A DNA stretch of 12,726 nt from positions 1-12,726 of IMG/VR virus record IMGVR_UViG_2651869782_000036; one strand, given 5' to 3'. The notes beneath the pieces are model-generated. The model ran no database searches and was not told the DNA's origin. It worked only from the letters and a program-made list of their open reading frames with translations. Shown here piece by piece: positions 1 to 7,162 of this stretch. The DNA is from a virus (Duplodnaviria; Heunggongvirae; Uroviricota; Caudoviricetes). The position numbers and the translations under genes were made by a program. Positions within the stretch are counted from its first letter, which is position 1; each line of letters starts with the position of its first letter.

Positions 1-468
1 CCGTGGCCTTCCGCCACTCCGCCAACAGGCTGGCTGAAATGCAACGGTGCAGCATTTTCTGCTGAAGAATACCCGGAACTGGCAAAGGCTTATCCGACAA
101 ATAAATTGCCTGATTTACGTGGTGAGTTTATTCGTGGCTGGGATGACGGACGTGGTATGGATACGGGGAGGGCAATATTATCAGCTCAGGGCGATGCCAT
201 ACGTAATATCTATGGTGAGTTCAAGACTGTAAACACCGAAAATTATTCAATATGGGAAGTAGCAAGCTCGTTTAAGGGAGCAGTGGTGCCTTTGAGTCCC
301 TCTACAAACAATAGTTATTTCTCCTTAACCAGAAGTATGGTGACAGAAAGAGCAGACGGCGCTGTTTACCCAAAAGTGATAGGCCTTGATGCTTCAAGAA
401 TTGTTCCAACTGCAAACGAAAACCGTCCTCGTAACATTGCGTTTAATTACATCGTAAGGGCAGTATGA
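1..468 (+). CDS. Tail fibre C-terminal variable cassette 1 (5'-truncated by the window edge; presumably fused to the constant fibre N-terminus upstream, i.e. the expressed tip)
   Basis: Frame open from nt 1 (PWPSATPPTGWLKCNGAAF...LPDLRGEFIRGWDDGRG...) to TGA at 466-468. Tail-collar-like motif PDLRGxFxRGWDxGRG and conserved C-terminal RPRNIAFNYIVRAV. Confidence 0.8.
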   Translation, partial: PWPSATPPTGWLKCNGAAFSAEEYPELAKAYPTNKLPDLRGEFIRGWDDGRGMDTGRAILSAQGDAIRNIYGEFKTVNTENYSIWEVASSFKGAVVPLSPSTNNSYFSLTRSMVTERADGAVYPKVIGLDASRIVPTANENRPRNIAFNYIVRAV

Positions 469-487
469 AAACGTTGGTTTGGGGGAA
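462..487. other. Candidate Gin-family crossover site (gix/hix-like 26 bp: AGTATGAAAACG TT GGTTTGGGGGAA), + orientation
   Basis: Marks the exact left edge of the sequence shared by all cassette heads. Right half-site read as TTCCCCCAAACC matches the gix half-site TTCCTGTAAACC as I recall it in 9 of 12 positions; AAAAC/GTTTT dyad around a non-palindromic TT core. Overlaps the stop codon of cassette 1. Confidence 0.6.
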
Positions 488-937
488 GGCTCTGCGTTGC
501 CCGTTGGTGTACCTGTTCCGTGGCCCTCAGCCACACCGCCAGCAGGGTGGCTGAAATGTAACGGTGCAGCATTTTCTTCTAAAATGTACCCAAAACTGGC
601 AAAGGCCTACCCCACCAATAAATTACCAGACTTACGCGGTGAATTTATCCGTGGCTGGGATGATGGGCGCGGGGTGGATGCCGGAAGGGGCATCTTAAGC
701 ATGCAGGGGTGGTTAACAGGAAGTCATTATCATAATATTCGGTCATGGGATGCGTGGGATAACACGGTGTTGGTGCCAAATGACAAAGGAGGGGATAGTC
801 TGTTGTCGACAGATAACGCCGTCCGGCAAGGTGCAATTAACGGTAGATTTACCAGTCAATACAGAACGGAATCCTCAGAGGGGAATGAAACCCGCCCACG
901 CAATATTGCCTTCAATTATATTGTGAGAACCGCATAA
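479..937 (+). CDS. Tail fibre C-terminal variable cassette 2 (silent, promoter-less cassette; the TTG start in the ORF track is probably not used, the frame is open from 458 through the crossover site)
   Basis: 152-aa ORF with the same conserved head (GEGSALPVGVPVPWPSATPPAGWLKCNGAAF...PDLRGEFIRGWDDGRG) and tail (RPRNIAFNYIVRTA) but a different central region; stop TAA at 935-937 overlaps the tfa start. Confidence 0.8.
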   Translation: MGEGSALPVGVPVPWPSATPPAGWLKCNGAAFSSKMYPKLAKAYPTNKLPDLRGEFIRGWDDGRGVDAGRGILSMQGWLTGSHYHNIRSWDAWDNTVLVPNDKGGDSLLSTDNAVRQGAINGRFTSQYRTESSEGNETRPRNIAFNYIVRTA

Positions 938-1548
938 TGAATAACGCGATATTAAATGATGACCTTATTGCCGTACAGGCAGGAAACATCGTCGTTTATA
1001 ACTATGATGGTGAGACACGGGAATATATTTCCGAATCAACTGAATATCTTGCTGTGGGTGTCGGTATTCCGGCAAATTCCTGTTTAGATGCCCCGGGCGC
1101 ACATAAAGCGGGCTATGCTATCCGCCGTTCGGAGAATTTAAGCTCATGGGAGTATGCGCCAGACCATCGTGGTGAAACCGTCTATAGCACTGACACGGGA
1201 AACACCGAAGAAATCACGGCGCTGGGTGACTACCCGAAAAATACAACCACTATCGCCCCGTTAACACCATACGATAAATGGGATGGTGAAAAATGGGTGA
1301 CAGATACTGAGGCACAACATCGTGCCGCAGTAGAAGCGGCAGAAACCAAGCGCCAGTCACTGGCTGATGCGGCAATGGCTTCCATAAGTCTGATTCAGTT
1401 GAAGTTGCAGGCCGGGCGGAAGTTGACGCAGGCAGAAACCACCCGGCTTAATGCCGTGCTGGATTATATAGACGCGCTGAACGCAATGGATATAAACATG
1501 GCACCAGATATCAACTTGCCGGAAATACCACTGGCAGCAGCCAGTTGA
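937..1548 (+). CDS. Tail fibre assembly protein (Tfa; P2 G / Mu U family)
   Basis: 203 aa; the C-terminal region (EAAETKRQSLADAAMASISLIQ...LDYIDALNAMDINMAPDINLPEIP) has the character of the caudoviral tail-fibre-assembly domain; start ATG overlaps the cassette 2 stop (TAATG). Confidence 0.85.
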   Translation: MNNAILNDDLIAVQAGNIVVYNYDGETREYISESTEYLAVGVGIPANSCLDAPGAHKAGYAIRRSENLSSWEYAPDHRGETVYSTDTGNTEEITALGDYPKNTTTIAPLTPYDKWDGEKWVTDTEAQHRAAVEAAETKRQSLADAAMASISLIQLKLQAGRKLTQAETTRLNAVLDYIDALNAMDINMAPDINLPEIPLAAAS

Positions 1549-1554
1549 ATATAA

Positions 1555-2031
1555 CTAAGCCGCCCTCACGATATAGTTAAATGCAATATTGCGGGGGCGG
1601 GTTTCACTACCACCTGTGTTACCAATACTTCCTCGTGAATGAAGCGTTGGTGATGGAATCAAACTCCCTCCTGTATTTGTGGCATCAAGCCCCCTGCCTT
1701 GCGTATATGTTTTTTTGAAAATCGTGGCCAACTCCCATTCATCCTTTGTGTCATATCCATCGTTAGCTACAACAATATGGCGGTGTTTTTCCAACATCCC
1801 GTTTTGAATGCTCAATAAAGCGCGTGCCGCATCAATTCCTCGCCCATCATCCCAGCCACGGATAAATTCACCGCGTAAGTCTGGTAATTTATTGGTGGGG
1901 TAGGCCTTTGCCAGTTTTGGGTACTTTTCAGAAGAAAATGCTGCGCCGTTACATTTCAGCCATCCCGTTGGCGGCGTGGCTGAGGGCCATGGAACGGGCA
2001 CACCAACGGGCAGTGCAGAGCCTTCCCCCAA
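1555..2031 (-). CDS. Tail fibre C-terminal variable cassette 3 (inverted, silent)
   Basis: 158-aa minus-strand ORF with the conserved head and tail (…SETRPRNIAFNYIVRAA) and a unique centre; convergent with tfa. Confidence 0.8.
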   Translation of the reverse strand: MGEGSALPVGVPVPWPSATPPTGWLKCNGAAFSSEKYPKLAKAYPTNKLPDLRGEFIRGWDDGRGIDAARALLSIQNGMLEKHRHIVVANDGYDTKDEWELATIFKKTYTQGRGLDATNTGGSLIPSPTLHSRGSIGNTGGSETRPRNIAFNYIVRAA

Positions 2032-2048
2032 ACCAACGTTTTCATGCT
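2023..2048. other. Candidate Gin-family crossover site (inverted orientation; TTCCCCCAAACC AA CGTTTTCATGCT)
   Basis: Reverse complement differs from the site at 462-487 by one base; overlaps the cassette 4 stop codon and the cassette 3 head. Confidence 0.6.
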
Positions 2049-2470
2049 GCCCTTACGATGTAATTAAACGCAATATTACGAGGACGAATGGTTACATAAT
2101 TAACCCCATCACCTCGTGAAGGCCCTGCAAATGAAAAACGGGAAAAGCCTGGTTGGTTAGAAACAATTTGGTCATAGTTATTGATTGAATGACCAGACCC
2201 AATGTCGAAATTACCTCCGTAATGAGAAAAACTTGTACCATCCTGCCCTGAAAGCAGGGTACGTCCCGCATCAATCCCGCGCCCATCATCCCAGCCACGG
2301 ATAAATTCACCGCGTAAATCCGGTAATTTATTGGTGGGATAAGCCCTTGCCAGTCTGGGATACATTTCAGAAGAAAATGCTGCACCGTTACATTTCAGCC
2401 AGCCCGTTGGTGGTGTTGCTGAGGACCACGGAACGGGCACACCAACGGGCAGTGCAGAGCCTTCCCCCAA
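2042..2470 (-). CDS. Tail fibre C-terminal variable cassette 4 (inverted, silent)
   Basis: 142-aa minus-strand ORF, conserved head and tail (…IRPRNIAFNYIVRAA), Gly/Ser-rich unique centre. Confidence 0.8.
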   Translation of the reverse strand: MGEGSALPVGVPVPWSSATPPTGWLKCNGAAFSSEMYPRLARAYPTNKLPDLRGEFIRGWDDGRGIDAGRTLLSGQDGTSFSHYGGNFDIGSGHSINNYDQIVSNQPGFSRFSFAGPSRGDGVNYVTIRPRNIAFNYIVRAA

Positions 2471-2487
2471 ACCAACGTTTTCATGCT
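2462..2487. other. Candidate Gin-family crossover site (inverted orientation)
   Basis: Same 26-bp sequence as the site at 2023-2048 (TTCCCCCAAACCAACGTTTTCATGCT); overlaps the cassette 5 stop and the cassette 4 head. Confidence 0.6.
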
Positions 2488-2948
2488 GCCCTTACGATGT
2501 AATTAAACGCAATGTTATGGGGGCGTGTTTCAGATGCTGTGCGAACTGAGCGAGAGGCGTCGAATGTCCATACAGAAGCACCATATCCTTCAATGATCTC
2601 AGTTGGTTGTAAGCCTACTGATAATATAGAGTCAGTTTGACTAAATGGTCCTGAATTAAGCGCATCTTTAAAAAGCTGAGTACGCCCAAAAGTGCCAACT
2701 ATATTCTGAATAGCGTCAGACTGTGCAGACAGTAGGTTGCGCCCATTATCAACGCCCCGTCCGTCATCCCAGCCGCGAATAAATTCGCCCCGTAAATCCG
2801 GTAATTTATTGGTGGGGTAGGCCTTTGCCAGATTGGGGTACATTTCAGAAGAAAATGCTGCGCCGTTACATTTCAGCCACCCCGTTGGCAGCGTGGCTGA
2901 GGGCCATGGAACGGGCACGCCAACGGGCAACGCAGAGCCTTCCCCCAA
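2481..2948 (-). CDS. Tail fibre C-terminal variable cassette 5 (inverted, silent; the ORF-track extension to 3005 is probably fortuitous read-through into the invertase promoter region)
   Basis: Conserved head (GEGSALPVGVPVPWPSATLPTGWLKCNGAAF…) and tail (SETRPHNIAFNYIVRAA); the centre resembles cassette 1 (…SAQSDAIQNI…). Confidence 0.75.
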   Translation of the reverse strand: MGEGSALPVGVPVPWPSATLPTGWLKCNGAAFSSEMYPNLAKAYPTNKLPDLRGEFIRGWDDGRGVDNGRNLLSAQSDAIQNIVGTFGRTQLFKDALNSGPFSQTDSILSVGLQPTEIIEGYGASVWTFDASRSVRTASETRPHNIAFNYIVRAA

Positions 2949-2965
2949 ACCAACGTTTTCGTTTT
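2940..2965. other. Candidate Gin-family crossover site adjacent to the invertase gene (TTCCCCCAAACC AA CGTTTTCGTTTT)
   Basis: Same right half-site and core as the other three sites; the left arm differs because it is not preceded by a cassette 3' tail. Lies ~55 bp upstream of the invertase start, as for cix/gix next to cin/gin. Confidence 0.55.
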
Positions 2966-3019
2966 TATCCCTACCTATACCAACTCTGTATTTTTCACGA
3001 AACAAAGAGGATGTTTTTT

Positions 3020-3619
3020 ATGCAAATTGGCTATATTCGTGTGTCAACAAATGACCAGAACACGGATTTACAACGCAATGCACTGAACTGCGCAGGATGT
3101 GAACTGATTTTTGAAGATAAAATCAGCGGAACGAAATCAGCCAGACCGGGATTGAAAAAACTGCTCAGAACGCTATCAGAAGGAGATACGCTGGTTGTCT
3201 GGAAGCTGGACAGACTGGGCAGAAGTATGAAACACCTGATCACGCTTATTGAGGAATTGCGGGAAAAAGGTGTTAATTTCCGTAGTCTGACGGACAGCAT
3301 TGACACATCAACACCCATGGGGCGTTTCTTTTTTCACGTCATGGGGGCTTTAGCCGAAATGGAACGTGAATTAATTGTAGAGCGTACACTGGCCGGGCTG
3401 GCAGCAGCACGCGCACAAGGACGCATTGGCGGACGTCGCCCGAAGTTGACAAAAGAACAACACGAGCAAATAGCGAGGCTGATTAAAAACGGTCATGACA
3501 GGAAACAACTGGCGATCATTTACGACATCGGCATATCGACGATTTATCGTTATCACCCTGCAGGCGATATACAGGCTGAAGAAACAACCAGGCAGACTCA
3601 GGAAAATAAAAACCGCTAA
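3020..3619 (+). CDS. Site-specific DNA invertase, serine recombinase (Gin/Hin/Cin/Pin family)
   Basis: Start MQIGYIRVSTNDQNTDLQRNAL… is the hallmark invertase N-terminus with the catalytic Ser in GYIRVST; C-terminal HTH (GRRPKLTKEQHEQIARLIKNG…ISTIYRY). RBS AAAGAGG 9 nt upstream of ATG 3020. The ORF-track start at 2825 is rejected. Confidence 0.93.
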   Translation: MQIGYIRVSTNDQNTDLQRNALNCAGCELIFEDKISGTKSARPGLKKLLRTLSEGDTLVVWKLDRLGRSMKHLITLIEELREKGVNFRSLTDSIDTSTPMGRFFFHVMGALAEMERELIVERTLAGLAAARAQGRIGGRRPKLTKEQHEQIARLIKNGHDRKQLAIIYDIGISTIYRYHPAGDIQAEETTRQTQENKNR

Positions 3620-3641
3620 TCTGACCATTAGCGGTTTTGCG
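3608..3641. terminator. Bidirectional rho-independent terminator shared by the convergent invertase gene and tail operon
   Basis: Perfect 8-bp stem CCGCTAAT / ATTAGCGG (3613-3620, 3627-3634) with a 6-nt loop, flanked by an A-run on the left and TTTT on the right; the invertase stop codon lies inside the stem. Confidence 0.6.
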
Positions 3642-3645
3642 TTAA

Positions 3646-4134
3646 TCAAAACAGCCCTTTAACGGAGCTGGCCGCGCTGTTAAGGGATGATGTGACCTTA
3701 TCTTTGAAGCCGGACAGCATATCACTGAACGATGAGGATTGCAGGCGCTCCCGCAAATCCTCATCACAGCGTCCAAGAGTCAGTGAAAATTCTATCTTTT
3801 TCGCCTTACCGTAGCGATCAAACTCGGAACGGGTCGTATTCGTTTCAGTCAGTACATACATGCCGTAAATCTGCCCGACACCATCAATCAGAGGCCAGGG
3901 GCGTCCTGTATATGCCTGCGTGGTCAGCAACGAAAGCGACACTTCGCCACCTGTAATTTCAGGATAAAGCACGCCGGAAAGCACGATGCGATCATCACCT
4001 GCGCCGATATACTGCCAGCTTGCTGAACGATTAACGCGTTCATTTTTCACATGCCGCCAGCTTTTGTTTTGCTGTAACTGCTGATGCGGCAATGTGCGCA
4101 GCTCAAAAACAAACATGCCGTAGATCATCATCAT
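3646..4134 (-). CDS. U: Phage tail protein U (P2 gpU family)
   Basis: MMMIYGMFVFELRTLP…SASWQY…GGEVSLSLLTTQAYTGRPWPLIDG… resembles P2 gpU as I recall it; size and position after T fit. Start chosen at the second ATG (better SD spacing; the GAGGAG SD overlaps the T stop); ATG 4140 is the alternative. Confidence 0.85.
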   Translation of the reverse strand: MMMIYGMFVFELRTLPHQQLQQNKSWRHVKNERVNRSASWQYIGAGDDRIVLSGVLYPEITGGEVSLSLLTTQAYTGRPWPLIDGVGQIYGMYVLTETNTTRSEFDRYGKAKKIEFSLTLGRCDEDLRERLQSSSFSDMLSGFKDKVTSSLNSAASSVKGLF

Positions 4135-4146
4135 GGCCATGACTCC

Positions 4147-6963
4147 TCAATCTTTATCGTAAAAACTGCCACGTCCGGCACGGTCGCGTCGTTCCAATTC
4201 TGCCCTGACCATTTCACCGACCAGTTTCGCCAGTTCGCGGGGATTCTGCGTAACAACGTTATGCAGATGAACATGAATTTCACCGCCAAATCCGGAGACA
4301 ACAGGCTCCCGGTTACGGGAAGTTGCAGGAACTGATGCCACTGGCGATCGTATGGCCTCCGCCACCGGGCGGGAGCTGGCCGCAACAACAGGGACCAGCG
4401 CCGGAGGCAGAGGAGTCGGGACCACGGGTGTGATGTTGATTGCGGAAGCAGGCTTACTGACCTGCGCAATCTTCCGCTCCTGCCACTCCCCACGAACAGC
4501 AAGTGCGCGGGGCAGGTTCTTAAAGACAATATCGCCGGGGCCAATGCGTTTTTTCGTCTCATCAACCAGCTTACCTGTGTTATCAGCAATTTTGCTGAGT
4601 CTGCGTAGCGTACCGGTATTGCTGTCTGTGAGCGGTTTGTTGTCTTTGGGTTTATCACCTCCGGTGCCATTGCCATTTTCCACAGGCTTCGGCGGATTGA
4701 TTTTCGCCAGGTCCCCCTGAAGCAAGGCAACCTTGTCCTGAAGAATGGCCGCACGCTGTGCGTCTTCGATTTTCTTGCGCGCCCTTTCCGCTTCATCCGG
4801 AAGGACGCCAAGTTTTTCAAGTATCCACGCCAGCGTATCCAGTAGCATTTTTGCAGGCGTCAGAACAAGTTGTAACGCACCGCCAAGAACGTTACCGAAT
4901 ATCTCGCCAGCACTGGTACATTTTTCCAGCGTTTCCTTGCTGGACTCCATCGGTGACAGCAGCGATTTAAACCAGTTAAACACCTGGCTGATCCCGCTTC
5001 CGATTGCGTCAAAAACAGGACCAAACCGTTCAAAGGTTTCGCGCAACGGGGCCAGCCTTTCCATAATCCCGCTGAACACCCCGGCAAAAAATGCCCTGAT
5101 GGGATCCCAGTATTTCCAGATAAGAACGGCAGCTCCGGCAAGTGCAGCCACGATAAGACTAACCGGACTGAACAGCGCCCCGATAGCGCCTCCCAGTAAA
5201 GAAACGGAACCCGTCACCATTCCCCATAGTGCTGGCAGGACCCTGACAGCATTCATTGATCCGGTCAGGAGAGAAAAACCAAGACGCAGTTTTGCCAGCG
5301 GACCAGCAAGCATACCAATAGCCAGCGACAACGAGCCAACCGTTGCAGTCATTGCCAGCAACGCACCGCCTGCTATCAGTAGCTGGCGCGTCAGTGCCGG
5401 ATGGGCCTGCGCCAGCGCCGTCACCCTTGATACCACCCGCGTGAGCCACTGCGTGACAGAACGCAGCGGACCGTCAATCAGATCTGCAATGCGGATGCGC
5501 AACCCTTCCCATGCACTGCCGAGTGATTTCAGATCGCCGTCAAGGTTGTTGGCCATAACCTTTGCTGTGCGTTCAGCCTCACCGCGCGCGCCTTCAAGTT
5601 CTTTTCTCAGTTTGGGTAAGGAACCGTCACCCACTGCATCAACGAGCGCCATAAACGATGTGAAAGCCTCTTCTCCGGCAATGTCCTTAAAGAACGATAC
5701 CCGGTCAACTTCCCCGTATTTGCGGGTGGCTTTATAAAGGTCGGCCAGCACATCCTCCATCGGGCGCATTTTACCCCCGGCATCCGAGACGGACACGCCC
5801 AGCTCTTTCAGAGCTTCTGCCGCCGCCTTTGGCGGTGATGCCAGACGAGCCAGGCTGGCACGCATTGCCGTCCCGGCATCACTCCCTCTGATGCCCATAT
5901 TCGCCAGCACGCCAGCCATCGCTGCGGCCTGCTCCAGCGATATTCCCAGCTTACCCGCCACCGGACCTGCATATTTCATGGTTTCGCCCAGTGCGCGAAG
6001 GTCAGTGTTGGTACGGGTAAACGCTGCGGTGAGTGTGTCACCGACCCGGTCCATCTGGTCAGCAGAAAGGCCGAACTGCGTCAGGATATTTGAGCCAATA
6101 TCTGCCGTCTCGCCGAGATCCATACCGCCAGCCGTTGCCATGCTCAGCACTCCGGGAAGCGCAGCCTGAATGGCCTGCGGTGTGAAGCCTGCCATTGCAA
6201 GAAATGCCTGCCCACTGGCGGCATCGCCTGCAGTGAACTGCGTTTCAGAGCCAAGTTTTAACGCCTGTTCACGCAGCGCCTTAAACTGCGGGCTGTTCTG
6301 GTCGATTCGCGTCAGTGCCTGAACGCGGGACATCTCTTTCCCGAACCCGATCGCAGGCTGCAAAAAACGCCCGGCAGCATAGCTGCCAGCCGCTGCCGCA
6401 CCAATTGCCAGCGCACCACCTGTTTTCAGTTTTCCCGCGGTTTCCTGCGCGCGCGAATACCGCTCACGCGCACGTGTTACACGCGCAAGCGCCTGCCGTT
6501 CGCGTTCAAGCTGGTTGTTGTACTGTTCGGTGCGTCTGATGGCCTGCTGGATGGTGTTATCGCTGCCTGTCAGGGAAATGCCGTGGCGTTTCAGCTCTCC
6601 GCCAAGCTCCCGCATTTTCTGAATTTCCCGTGTGCGCGATTCATTCAGGCGTTCAAGCCGGGTGCTTAACTGCTGCATCAGCTTTTGTTGTTTTTCGCTG
6701 AGCACTGTACCCGTGCGTTGTAACTGATTAAGGGCGTTAAGCTGGCGTCGTGCTTTCAATATGCCAGCATCCGCTTTACCGACAGCGTCACGGGCGCGCT
6801 CAAATGAACGCGCCTGACGCTCGAGATTTTTGATCGCCCCCTGCGTTCGCTGGATGGAGTCACCAAACTGCCCCATCAGGCGGCGGGCGTTTTCGGCAGG
6901 CCGGGTCAGCCTGTCAACGGCGCTGAAAGCGACCCGGATGTCAAGAGTCTTCATTGTCTGCAT
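4147..6963 (-). CDS. T: Tail tape measure protein (P2 gpT family)
   Basis: ~940-aa Ala/Gly/Leu-rich ORF with a coiled-coil-like N-terminal half and hydrophobic Gly-rich segments, located between the E/E' chaperone and U. Start uncertain (ATG 6963 or 6954; the ORF track uses GTG 6990). Confidence 0.85.
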   Translation of the reverse strand: MQTMKTLDIRVAFSAVDRLTRPAENARRLMGQFGDSIQRTQGAIKNLERQARSFERARDAVGKADAGILKARRQLNALNQLQRTGTVLSEKQQKLMQQLSTRLERLNESRTREIQKMRELGGELKRHGISLTGSDNTIQQAIRRTEQYNNQLERERQALARVTRARERYSRAQETAGKLKTGGALAIGAAAAGSYAAGRFLQPAIGFGKEMSRVQALTRIDQNSPQFKALREQALKLGSETQFTAGDAASGQAFLAMAGFTPQAIQAALPGVLSMATAGGMDLGETADIGSNILTQFGLSADQMDRVGDTLTAAFTRTNTDLRALGETMKYAGPVAGKLGISLEQAAAMAGVLANMGIRGSDAGTAMRASLARLASPPKAAAEALKELGVSVSDAGGKMRPMEDVLADLYKATRKYGEVDRVSFFKDIAGEEAFTSFMALVDAVGDGSLPKLRKELEGARGEAERTAKVMANNLDGDLKSLGSAWEGLRIRIADLIDGPLRSVTQWLTRVVSRVTALAQAHPALTRQLLIAGGALLAMTATVGSLSLAIGMLAGPLAKLRLGFSLLTGSMNAVRVLPALWGMVTGSVSLLGGAIGALFSPVSLIVAALAGAAVLIWKYWDPIRAFFAGVFSGIMERLAPLRETFERFGPVFDAIGSGISQVFNWFKSLLSPMESSKETLEKCTSAGEIFGNVLGGALQLVLTPAKMLLDTLAWILEKLGVLPDEAERARKKIEDAQRAAILQDKVALLQGDLAKINPPKPVENGNGTGGDKPKDNKPLTDSNTGTLRRLSKIADNTGKLVDETKKRIGPGDIVFKNLPRALAVRGEWQERKIAQVSKPASAINITPVVPTPLPPALVPVVAASSRPVAEAIRSPVASVPATSRNREPVVSGFGGEIHVHLHNVVTQNPRELAKLVGEMVRAELERRDRAGRGSFYDKD

Positions 6964-7162
6964 TCCCGCTGCGAAGTGCCGCCCGCTCACGCCAGCTAAC
7001 CACTTCGCCGGGCGTCATCATGAAGATTTCGGCGGGCGACCAGTTAAAAATGGCGGCGATATCTGCCACCAGATCTTCGATGTGCTCAAAGCACACCAGG
7101 GTGATTACGCTGCCGTCTCCTGCACGCTCTTCGCGCCAGAGTCTGGCTCGCTCATAAAATTT
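6941..7162 (-). CDS. E' extension: -1 frame ORF giving the E+E' tail assembly chaperone by programmed frameshift
   Basis: An ORF in the -1 frame relative to E, with no independent SD, overlaps the 3' part of E and the start of T; a canonical slippery heptamer A AAT TTT sits in the E frame inside the overlap. Confidence 0.5.
   Translation of the reverse strand, partial: KFYERARLWREERAGDGSVITLVCFEHIEDLVADIAAIFNWSPAEIFMMTPGEVVSWRERAALRSGNADNEDS

Noticed and set aside
1-3000. Possibility that the repeated ~200-bp units are a CRISPR array or an IS element
   Set aside because: The repeats are long, protein-coding, in mixed orientation and separated by coding variable regions; no short regular repeat-spacer pattern and no transposase.
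2949-3005. Extension of the cassette 5 ORF to 3005 (MFREKYRVGIGRDKNENVGL…)
   Set aside because: It lies upstream of the crossover site in the invertase promoter region; the cassettes are promoter-less modules and this open frame is probably fortuitous.
2961-3010. Invertase promoter hexamers between the last crossover site and the invertase SD
   Set aside because: Only weak candidates (TGTATTTTT near 2987-2995, no convincing -35); autoregulatory overlap with the site is plausible but not supportable by eye.
2825-3019. N-terminal extension of the invertase ORF back to 2825
   Set aside because: The conserved invertase N-terminus (MQIGYIRVST) and a good SD place the start at 3020; the extension overlaps cassette 5 and the crossover site.
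4745-5737. 330-aa plus-strand ORF, and several other plus-strand ORFs (4352-4720, 4758-4970, 5891-6169, 6315-6539, 6830-7183), inside the tape measure gene
   Set aside because: Antisense to a long, high-GC, well-supported gene; Ser/Ala/Pro/Arg-rich low-complexity translations typical of spurious antisense frames; no SD.
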